DNA of 64,000 nt from an uncultured Lachnospiraceae bacterium (GTDB lineage: Bacteria > Bacillota > Clostridia > Oscillospirales > CAG-272), in the NCBI GenBank assembly GCA_964638675.1, contig CAZXAU010000010.1:8272-72271 (forward strand), written 5' to 3'. How positions within the stretch are numbered: the stretch's first letter is position 1; each line of letters begins with the position of its first letter. Of this stretch, positions 20,467 through 28,893 are shown one piece after another. The notes under the pieces were generated by a model. It did not search any database, was not told the origin of the DNA, and saw only the letters and a list, made by a program, of their open reading frames with translations. Both the position numbers and the translations under genes were made by a program.

Positions 20467-20500
20467 ACAACACCCGGACTGAGCCCGGGTGTTGTTTTTT
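20467..20500. terminator. 11-bp GC-rich hairpin with a T-tract on the plus strand only
   Basis: ACAACACCCGG-N7-CCGGGTGTTGT followed by TTTTT. It lies between two minus-strand genes. Confidence 0.5.
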
Positions 20501-20518
20501 ATAGTAATTGTATAAATA

Positions 20519-22072
20519 TTACTTTTCTTCTGTTTCGGGAGTTTCGGCAGGCTTTTTGAAAGCAATCTCCATAACTTCCATTTCCCTGGGGTTGTTCTCG
20601 TAAAGCGATGCTTCTATATCAACGCCAGGCTTATCCGAGAATTCGGAAAGTTTTGCGAGGAAGAGCTCAAATCTTGCCCATGTCTGATCGCCTGAGGGAA
20701 CATTTTTTGCTTCCTTGCTCTGATACCAGTGGAATGTCTTATAAAGTGCATCCCAACCCACTTCTTCGCTCTGGAAATATTCGACAAGAATTTCTGCAAA
20801 TCTGTAAATGCTGTATCCGCTCTTGTCGGGTGTATTCGGATTATACGACATTTTTCCGCCGGAAAGTCCTTTGAATCCGGCACTTCCTATATCATCATGG
20901 AAGCACTTATTCTGAGGATATTCAGCAGGGGCAGCATATCCGTTTTCAGTATGTGTGACAAGGTAAGCAGCTTTAAGGTCTGCCTGACATTCCGATTCAA
21001 ATGTCCAGCCTCTGTTCCAGTCAAACATATGACCCATTTCATGAAGTACCATGAAGTTATAGTCATCACGTCCCATTATTTCTGAACGGTACTGCATCTT
21101 GCTCAGGTCCGAATAGAACCATTCACCAGGTCCGCAGTTGACATAAACATTGTTATTGTTTCCGACTACTCCTGCCATGACGCCCTGATAATTATAGGCG
21201 TGTACGAAAATGATATTATAAGGTCTGAATGCAGTAAGATCTACGTATGTATCATATACATACTGTGTACGGTCAGCGTATGCCTGAAGTGTTTCTTCGG
21301 TAGGAACAAATTTCTTGGGGAACTTACCTTCTACACTGTATGAATCATAGTTCTTTGCTTCATAAACGTCAATCGGTAATCTTACAACAACATTACCCTT
21401 TTCGCTTACAAACTCCTTGAAAAGAACATTTTCTTCATTTGACACTTTTTCAAATACAAATTTGCCTTCACCTGTCGTTCCTGCTTCCTCAAGACTTGCA
21501 AGAATAAAGCTTCCGTCCTTCCAACTAAGGCAGGTACTCTTCTTCAGACGGGGAATAATTGTAAATGTTCCGTCGTCATTCTTAACTAATCTCCATATTG
21601 CATCGTTGTTGCTTGTAAGTCCGGATTCCTTGCTTATTATGGGATCGCCCGGGTTGATCTTCTTGACGCCGAGAGATTTTACAACCTCAACATTGTCATA
21701 TATAACTTTGGTGTCGTTGTGCTTTTTCTGCTCGATTCCGAACAAGGAGATCCTGTAGAACTGCTCATTTGAATTTGAGACCCATTCAACGGATACATAA
21801 TCATATATTCCTTCGGAATCAAGGTTTCCCCTTCTATCGGATTTAACCACAGTGCCGCTCTTTACATGCTTTAAGCGGTATGTTCCGGGTTTGACAGGAG
21901 TTTCAAAGCTTTCCAGCGGATCCGTCTCTGTCTTTTTGCTTTCAGTTGAAGCGGTCTCGCTTCCTGTTGTCTGCGGAGTCTGTGTCGCTTCCTCTGTTTC
22001 GTCTGCTTTCTGGCATCCGACAAAAGGAATCATCATGGCAACTACAAGAAGCAGTGCAATAATTTTTTTCAT
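20519..22072 (-). CDS. Lipoprotein with an HExxH zinc-metallopeptidase-like motif, unknown family
   Basis: Signal peptide and lipobox MKKIIALLLVVAMMIPFVGC. Contains VLHEMGHMFD...E. Strong RBS AAGGAG. Confidence 0.6.
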   Translation of the reverse strand: MKKIIALLLVVAMMIPFVGCQKADETEEATQTPQTTGSETASTESKKTETDPLESFETPVKPGTYRLKHVKSGTVVKSDRRGNLDSEGIYDYVSVEWVSNSNEQFYRISLFGIEQKKHNDTKVIYDNVEVVKSLGVKKINPGDPIISKESGLTSNNDAIWRLVKNDDGTFTIIPRLKKSTCLSWKDGSFILASLEEAGTTGEGKFVFEKVSNEENVLFKEFVSEKGNVVVRLPIDVYEAKNYDSYSVEGKFPKKFVPTEETLQAYADRTQYVYDTYVDLTAFRPYNIIFVHAYNYQGVMAGVVGNNNNVYVNCGPGEWFYSDLSKMQYRSEIMGRDDYNFMVLHEMGHMFDWNRGWTFESECQADLKAAYLVTHTENGYAAPAEYPQNKCFHDDIGSAGFKGLSGGKMSYNPNTPDKSGYSIYRFAEILVEYFQSEEVGWDALYKTFHWYQSKEAKNVPSGDQTWARFELFLAKLSEFSDKPGVDIEASLYENNPREMEVMEIAFKKPAETPETEEK

Positions 22073-22118
22073 TGTTTTCTCCTTAAATTTATATTTATTT
22101 ATTATTTTACAGAATAAT

Positions 22119-24059
22119 TCACTTGACTTCTTTGAATACTGTCAGACGAACCTTACCTGCGGCATAGGGAACGAGAGTGATCGTTTCAACATCACCTGTA
22201 CCATGTTTTTCGATAAAGCTGTCTGTCGGGAGCTTCGGAGTAAATGTAAAATCGCCCTTCTTCTCTTCCCTCTTCCAGGGTCTTGTGTAAAGATTATATA
22301 CCGGCTTTATAACATTATGGTGGTCCAGTTTCCAGTCCTTTATTTCCTTGACCTTTACATTGAATCTGATCGGTGCAGTATCTATGGTAAAGGGATGATC
22401 TGACATTTCGCGTCTGATAAACTCAATCGATGAGCAATTCTGACCGGCAAGCAGTCCGTAATTCCACTTCTGATCGGGATATATATTGTATGCCGGGAAT
22501 TCCTTCGACTGATTGCCCTCTTTTTCATCGATCTGTCTGTCACCTTTCATACCGTAAGTATAAACCAAGCATCCTTTTTCAAAATAAACGCCGCCGTGGT
22601 TTTCCTTTAAAACAAGCTCAGAAGGAAGCACAAGCTTTATTGTATCGCCATCCGAAAATTCTCTGTCTATTACAGCAAAGCCCTTTACATTTTTGATTTC
22701 AGACTTTTCTCCGTTTATGTAGAGTTCGGGTGAAACAGCCCATGCCGGAATGCGGACATTGAATCTGAGCTTTCTGTTTTTCTTCATCGAGAAGGTATAC
22801 GATATATCATCAGCAAAAGGATAATCTGTCGTCTGTTTTATAACGACCTTACCGCTGCCCGATCCGTGTGTATACTCGCTCGCACCGAAGAGAACCGAGA
22901 AGATCGAATTTCTGCCCTTTGTCATCCACATGGAAGCGCAGTAGTTCGGGAAAAATCTGTTGACATTTCCGGCACAGCACTCTGTTCCGGGATTAGGTCT
23001 GTATGACATCCATTTGTCTCCCTGAAGGAAGTCGCAATGGTTGGATGTTCTGTCAAGAACGAGCTGATTCGCTCCCGAGAGATACTGAAGTGCCTTGAAA
23101 TTTTCTTCAACGGCACCGATACCGGCATTGAATACGCACTTCTCGATCTTATCGGCATACTCAGCCTTACCGGTCGCCATGAGTACATAATAAAGTGCCC
23201 ATGTATAGTCGGTTACATCGCATGTTTCATGTGCCTGATAATAATTATCGTCAAGGAGAAATTCGTTCGAACAGTGACATCCGTCAGGAAGCATCTGGAA
23301 ACGATCGATCTTTTTATATGCCTTGACTACAGGTGCGAGATATGCTTTCTTACCCGTGCAGATATAAAGAAGTGCACCGAGCTTTGAATATTCATTGTAT
23401 GTAACACCGTGTGCATATGCCTTGGAATTTGACATCTGTGCCTTTACGCAGTTATCGTCGTTGCACTGTGCATTGTAATCGGCAAACGATTTCTCTGCAA
23501 GTTCAAGCAGACGCTCATCTCTGCATTCGAGATATACAAGAAGCATAATCTCGACATTTATAACATCTCTTCCTGTGCCGTATGTCTGGCTTCCGTCAAG
23601 ATAGTGACGGCGGAGAGCCTCGATTATCGACTTATCACCGGTTGCAGAATACTTGGCAAGAAGTGCACGGAAGAAAACAACGTGAGGCCAACGGTCCCAG
23701 CCTGTAGAATTCTTCAGAAGCTTCGGTCCGAGATATCCGTCGGGGTCGGAATTTTCAAGAGTGTAATCAAAGCTTTTTGCAACCTTTTTAAGGAGCTTTC
23801 TGTCTCTCATCAGCTCTGCAGCTCTCTCCATACCGTCAACCATGTATCCCGTCTGTTCATATGCCCACCATCCGGGATTTTCATTGCTCTTTGTTGTGTC
23901 AACGTCGAATCTGTCCCATCCTACTCTGTCAAAGGGATATCCCGCAACCTCAAGATTACCTGTAAGGCCGCTTATCTGATCGCTTAAAAAAGCTCGGAGC
24001 CAGCCTTCGGGAGTAATCTTTCTTATGCCGACTCTTTCCATTTTTGAATAATTTTTCAT
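22119..24059 (-). CDS. GH127-like glycoside hydrolase (DUF1680, beta-L-arabinofuranosidase family)
   Basis: AHETCDV and GTECCAGN match my memory of the Glu-x-Cys and Cys-Cys zinc/nucleophile motifs of HypBA1-type GH127. There is no signal peptide. Confidence 0.75.
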   Translation of the reverse strand: MKNYSKMERVGIRKITPEGWLRAFLSDQISGLTGNLEVAGYPFDRVGWDRFDVDTTKSNENPGWWAYEQTGYMVDGMERAAELMRDRKLLKKVAKSFDYTLENSDPDGYLGPKLLKNSTGWDRWPHVVFFRALLAKYSATGDKSIIEALRRHYLDGSQTYGTGRDVINVEIMLLVYLECRDERLLELAEKSFADYNAQCNDDNCVKAQMSNSKAYAHGVTYNEYSKLGALLYICTGKKAYLAPVVKAYKKIDRFQMLPDGCHCSNEFLLDDNYYQAHETCDVTDYTWALYYVLMATGKAEYADKIEKCVFNAGIGAVEENFKALQYLSGANQLVLDRTSNHCDFLQGDKWMSYRPNPGTECCAGNVNRFFPNYCASMWMTKGRNSIFSVLFGASEYTHGSGSGKVVIKQTTDYPFADDISYTFSMKKNRKLRFNVRIPAWAVSPELYINGEKSEIKNVKGFAVIDREFSDGDTIKLVLPSELVLKENHGGVYFEKGCLVYTYGMKGDRQIDEKEGNQSKEFPAYNIYPDQKWNYGLLAGQNCSSIEFIRREMSDHPFTIDTAPIRFNVKVKEIKDWKLDHHNVIKPVYNLYTRPWKREEKKGDFTFTPKLPTDSFIEKHGTGDVETITLVPYAAGKVRLTVFKEVK

Positions 24060-24196
24060 AGAATTTCACCTGATTTAAATTGCTAAATCTTTTCCTATCA
24101 GAATATTTTCATGTTGAGTGTACCACAAAAATACACTGTTGTCAATAAAAAAAACAAAATATTGTTGAACGACATGTTAAAATATATTAAATAAGG

Positions 24197-24225
24197 TTGA
24201 CAAATAAAAAAATAAGTGTTATTAT
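24197..24225 (+). promoter_or_regulatory. Putative sigma-A promoter of the large surface protein gene
   Basis: TTGACA-17 nt-TATTAT with an upstream TGT (extended -10). Confidence 0.55.
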
Positions 24226-24320
24226 CTATTTGGGTATTTGTATTTACTCTCTGTCACAACAGCAATTGCCTGCCGAAAAATACCCGATAAAATAACGATA
24301 GTTCAACGAAAGGTGTCAGT

Positions 24321-27300
24321 ATGCCGGAAAATACCAAAAAAAGCGATAAGCCGGAAAATAACAATGCCGTAAAGAACGATCAGGTCAGGAAACGTAAGCC
24401 CTCTGCTGAAAACAAAAGACAAGCAGCAGTGCAAACTGATCGCATCGAATTGAAAGCTCCCGGGGGTAAACATATAAAAGCAAGTCATAACGGGTATGGG
24501 CGGTCGTCACATACGGTGGCAAAAAACAAGAAAAAAAAGATGTCGACATCATCTTTGGTTCTTATTACAGCCCTGGTCGTCATATCACTGGCAATCGTAG
24601 CAATGGCAATATATTATATCGTCAATACATCCGGAACACCGTCAGGCGTACTCTACAGCTATACCTGCGAGGCAGGCGAGCATGTTTCAGCTTCGGTATA
24701 CGCTCTGTCATCCGAGCACACTGCCAGATTCCCCGATGATCTTGACATTGATTCACTCACACATAAAGTCGGTAATCACAAAATTTCGGTTATTATAGAC
24801 GAGATAACATATGATGTGACCCTGACCGTCAAGGATACGAAAGCTCCGACCGGAAAAGCCCACAATCTTGTATGCATGCTTGGTTCCTCAATCAAAGCAG
24901 GCGAAATGGTAAGTGATATCGATGATGAAACACAGGTCAGTATCTCCTTTAAAAATCCTCCGAACCTTTCGGTTGAGGGACGGCAGAGTGTAAGAATAAA
25001 ACTTACAGATGAGGGTGGAAACACAACATATATCGACGATTGCTTTGTTTTCGTTGCGAGCAGTATGAAGGTCAAATCATGGGAAATGGGAACACCATTC
25101 CCCTCCCCCACCGATCTGTGCAACGGAAAAGCGGATATCATATTCCAAAACGTGAACGATCTTGCCGATATAAAAGTTCCCGGAACATACAGCATTCCGA
25201 TGAGAATTACAGTGTCGGGCGTGTCGGACACATATTATCTGCCGCTTGCATTTGTCGATACAATTGCCCCAAAGGTTACGGTAAAAGAAGGTAATGTATA
25301 CGATATCTCCGATCCGTTCCCTGCTGCTTCAAACTGGATATCAGCGTGCGATGATGCGACAGATGTGAAATTCTACTACGCTTACGATTACTCAATTACA
25401 TCAGCTGATGTTTATTATCTTGATATTATAGCCGAAGACGCCGCAGGAAACAAGACGCCGGTAAGAGTAAAAATCACGGCACTTGACGGAAAAGTTGATA
25501 ATTTTGCGCCGATCATCAACGTTAAAAACGAGATCATTATAAATGTCGGAAGTGAGCTTGTACTTGAAAACTACGTAACAATATACGATGATAAGGACGG
25601 AGACATTCCCCTCAGTGACAGTGAGAGGGTTAAGATAGAATATCCTGCCGATCTCAATCTCTATCTTCCCGGAGAATATACGATAATTATAACTGCAACC
25701 GATTCGAGCAACAGATCGTCTGTCACTCCGGTAACAGTCAAGGTCGTACACAAAGATATATCAAAAGAAACATCGGATGCACTTGCAGATGAGATCATTT
25801 CGTCAGTTATAAAACTGAATATGACGACTGAGCAGAAGATTCAGGCGATATTTGACCGTATCGCAAGAAATGAAAACATGGACTTCACCGGAAAATCGGA
25901 TAAGAGCAATGAAGTATGGCGTGAATTCTACAGCGGATTCACACTTTCTTACGGAGATTCATATACTACTGCCTGCATGATGAAAACACTTCTCGATAAG
26001 CTTGGAATCGACAGCATAATCATCCACAACCTCACTTCAACAACCTATTGGACTCTTGTTGATTACGGTGACGGCTGGTATCATGTCGATCCATTTCTGC
26101 ACAGTTCACCCTGGCTGGTTGACGGTTCATACAAGGACACGTTAAAGCTTACAGATCTTCAGATGTCCCAGTTCAATGAATTCAACAACGAAGCACATCC
26201 GGGAAGCAACAGTTATCTCTTCAATAGCTCCATCTATCCTGCAACCCCGATATATTCCGAAGAAACCGGAGAGTTTATATATCTTCCCTACAGAGTTATC
26301 TATCTGTGTACCGACGGAGGATATATCGAAGGTGAGACCGATCAGAAGGTCAGCCATATGCAAAACTGCTCAACTGTAATTGCACAGCCTCGTTCGGGTT
26401 ACAGATTTGTTTCATGGAGCGACGGTGTAACAACTCCAGAAAGGACCGACATCATCAAATCGAATCTGACTGTGACTGCTCAGTTTGTTGAATCGCAAGG
26501 ACTGTTTAAAACATATGTACTGACATATGAGGCTGGATCAGGTGGAAAAATAAGCGGCGAAGCCTTCCAGACAGTCGATGCCGGATATTACGGAAGCGAA
26601 ATAGTCGCAATTGCTGACAACGGTTATAAGTTTATCGGCTGGAGTGATGGCATAATGACACCGGCAAGAAAAGACCTTGCAAAGAAGGATATGACCTATA
26701 CCGCAAACTTCGCTCCTCTTTCCGGAAATATATATACACTTGAATACAGAGTAACAGACGGCGGACATATAGAAGGTGAAAACTTCCAGGTACTCGATCT
26801 CGGAAAGGGCGGCACTTCGGTCACAGCTGTTCCGGATGAAGGATATGTGTTCAACATGTGGAGCGACGGACTGATGACCCCGACAAGAAAAGATCCTTAC
26901 GGAAGCGATCTTACAGTAACGGCACGCTTTGTAAAGGAAGATTCTGAGCTTCTCGAATTGCAATATAAAGCACAGGAAGGCGGAACGATCGAGGGTCTGT
27001 CCTACCAGAGGATCGAAAGCGGCAGTTACGGAGATACGGTAAGAGCTGTTGCGTCAAGAGGATATTATTTCGTTGCATGGAGTGACGGACTTGCCGAGGT
27101 CGAAAGACGTGACCTTCCGAGCGAAAGCAAAGAGATCTCCGCTATCTTCGCAAAGCTTAATGAATACAGAATTCTGTACATGATTTCGGGAAATGGCGGA
27201 TATATTAACGGAGATTCAACGCAATACATTTATGACGGAGAGTCTACAAGTGAAGTTACCGCTGTTCCGCTCTTCGGATTCATCTTCAAAGGATGGAGTG

Positions 27301-28031
27301 ACGGAGTAGAATCCGCAACAAGAAGCGATTGCCCAACAAATGATTTTGAAGTAACAGCAATATTTGAAGAGCTTCCGAAATACACTATCACATATAAGGC
27401 AACACAGGGCGGCTCAATAAGCGGAAAGACAACGCAGACTGTATACACCGAAAACAAAGGCTCATCTGTCAAAGCTGTACCGGCATCCGGATACAAATTC
27501 GTGTCATGGAGTGACGGTGAGACATCATCCGAAAGATCAGACCTTGTGACAGATGAAGATATCACATTAACGGCGATTTTTGAAAAACTGAATGTATATA
27601 CAGCAAACTACTCAGCCGGCGAACACGGAAAAGTAAGCGGCACACTTAAACAGACGGCTTATGAAGGCGGAACGTTTAAGACCGTAACGGCAATTGCAGA
27701 TGACGGCTTTGAATTTGCATCATGGAGCGACGGAGTCACAACGGCCGAGAGAACAGATGAGGCAAACAGCGATATAAACGTTGAAGCGATATTCGTTGCT
27801 AAAAAGGTATGTACTCTTTATTACAGTGCTTCCACAGGCGGAAAGATCATCGGAAAGAGCACGCAGAACATTCTGATAGGAAACTCTTCAGAGGAGGTTA
27901 CTGCGGTGGCAGAAGAGGGATATGTATTCGCAAGATGGAGCGACGGAGTCACAACACCGACAAGAAGCGATGTTGCAAAGCAGGACACAGTTTTCTATGT
28001 AGCTATTTTTGAGCTCGCTGAGACAAAGTAA
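24321..28031 (+). CDS. Large membrane-anchored surface protein: basic N-tail, one TM helix, Ig-like (DUF5011-type) domains, a transglutaminase-like Cys-protease core, and 8 Listeria-Bacteroides repeats
   Basis: TM helix LVLITALVVISLAIVAMAIYYIV. Motifs DTKAPTG, DTIAPKV and DNFAPII. Core C...H...D pattern (TTACMMKTL...WTLVDYGDGWYHVDPF). Repeats carry GY.F..WSDG. Confidence 0.85.
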   Translation: MPENTKKSDKPENNNAVKNDQVRKRKPSAENKRQAAVQTDRIELKAPGGKHIKASHNGYGRSSHTVAKNKKKKMSTSSLVLITALVVISLAIVAMAIYYIVNTSGTPSGVLYSYTCEAGEHVSASVYALSSEHTARFPDDLDIDSLTHKVGNHKISVIIDEITYDVTLTVKDTKAPTGKAHNLVCMLGSSIKAGEMVSDIDDETQVSISFKNPPNLSVEGRQSVRIKLTDEGGNTTYIDDCFVFVASSMKVKSWEMGTPFPSPTDLCNGKADIIFQNVNDLADIKVPGTYSIPMRITVSGVSDTYYLPLAFVDTIAPKVTVKEGNVYDISDPFPAASNWISACDDATDVKFYYAYDYSITSADVYYLDIIAEDAAGNKTPVRVKITALDGKVDNFAPIINVKNEIIINVGSELVLENYVTIYDDKDGDIPLSDSERVKIEYPADLNLYLPGEYTIIITATDSSNRSSVTPVTVKVVHKDISKETSDALADEIISSVIKLNMTTEQKIQAIFDRIARNENMDFTGKSDKSNEVWREFYSGFTLSYGDSYTTACMMKTLLDKLGIDSIIIHNLTSTTYWTLVDYGDGWYHVDPFLHSSPWLVDGSYKDTLKLTDLQMSQFNEFNNEAHPGSNSYLFNSSIYPATPIYSEETGEFIYLPYRVIYLCTDGGYIEGETDQKVSHMQNCSTVIAQPRSGYRFVSWSDGVTTPERTDIIKSNLTVTAQFVESQGLFKTYVLTYEAGSGGKISGEAFQTVDAGYYGSEIVAIADNGYKFIGWSDGIMTPARKDLAKKDMTYTANFAPLSGNIYTLEYRVTDGGHIEGENFQVLDLGKGGTSVTAVPDEGYVFNMWSDGLMTPTRKDPYGSDLTVTARFVKEDSELLELQYKAQEGGTIEGLSYQRIESGSYGDTVRAVASRGYYFVAWSDGLAEVERRDLPSESKEISAIFAKLNEYRILYMISGNGGYINGDSTQYIYDGESTSEVTAVPLFGFIFKGWSDGVESATRSDCPTNDFEVTAIFEELPKYTITYKATQGGSISGKTTQTVYTENKGSSVKAVPASGYKFVSWSDGETSSERSDLVTDEDITLTAIFEKLNVYTANYSAGEHGKVSGTLKQTAYEGGTFKTVTAIADDGFEFASWSDGVTTAERTDEANSDINVEAIFVAKKVCTLYYSASTGGKIIGKSTQNILIGNSSEEVTAVAEEGYVFARWSDGVTTPTRSDVAKQDTVFYVAIFELAETK
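26289..28028 (+). repeat. Eight tandem coding repeats of about 72 aa (Flg_new / Listeria-Bacteroides repeat type)
   Basis: Each unit follows Y.(I/L).Y...(G)G.I.G...Q.V..G....V.A.P..GY.F..WSDG.....R.D......(L/I).V.A.F. Confidence 0.85.
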
Positions 28032-28044
28032 ATTCTATTTAAAA

Positions 28045-28091
28045 ATAAAAAAAGGACTTCCCCAACGAAAGAATTGTCGGAAGTCCTTTTT
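28045..28091. terminator. Bidirectional rho-independent terminator (surface protein gene / nrdR)
   Basis: AAGGACTTCC-N17-GGAAGTCCTT is flanked by an A-run upstream and a T-run downstream. Confidence 0.75.
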
Positions 28092-28146
28092 TAAATATTA
28101 CCTGAGATAATTCTCAATTATACAAAGAGCAAAACGGTATGTGAAC

Positions 28147-28611
28147 TCATTCGTTTGTTTTATCGCCTTTGAGCAGGCTGTTGATCTCACTGAGAAATGT
28201 TTCTACATCCTTAAACTCACGATATACCGAAGCAAATCTGACATAGGACACTTCATCGATACGGCGGAGTCTTTCCATTACCATAATTCCTATATCATCG
28301 GTTGTAACCTCATTGGACATACTGTTTGAAAGCTCATTTTCAATTTCATTTGCAATATTTATAATATCATCCTTTGAAACAGGACGTTTGTAGCAGGATT
28401 TCATCAGACCGGAGATGATCTTATTTTTGTCAAACAATTCTGTGGTTTTCCCCTTTTTTATGACAATTATAGGCTCGGTTTGTATGGTTTCATATGTAGT
28501 GAATCTCTTTGAACATGAAAGACACTCACGGCGGCGGCGTATCGTCGAGTTTTCACTCGGTCTTGAATCAATGACTTTGCTTTCACTGTATCCGCAGTTT
28601 GGACACTTCAT
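28147..28611 (-). CDS. nrdR: Transcriptional repressor NrdR
   Basis: MKCPNCGYSESKVIDSRPSE...RRRRECLSCSKRFTTYE is the zinc ribbon, followed by an ATP-cone. Confidence 0.95.
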   Translation of the reverse strand: MKCPNCGYSESKVIDSRPSENSTIRRRRECLSCSKRFTTYETIQTEPIIVIKKGKTTELFDKNKIISGLMKSCYKRPVSKDDIINIANEIENELSNSMSNEVTTDDIGIMVMERLRRIDEVSYVRFASVYREFKDVETFLSEINSLLKGDKTNE

Positions 28612-28893
28612 AATTGTATTATTCTCCTTTTTCTCTGTAATGCATTTATAAAGAATCTGAATACCTGATCAATAACTTACGGGTATTAATTCAAATATGA
28701 CATGTATTCCAGCATGTCAAAGCAATCTCTTCTTAATTATAACACAAATTTCCGGCTCAGTAAATAGAAGAATAAAAAAACCTCATTATATTTTTAAATA
28801 TTTTTAAAAAAACGCATAAATAAGAAATGCAGTGATACATAATCCTTTAGAAACAGTTGAATCCGAATACTTATACAATATGGAGGAAAAGCA

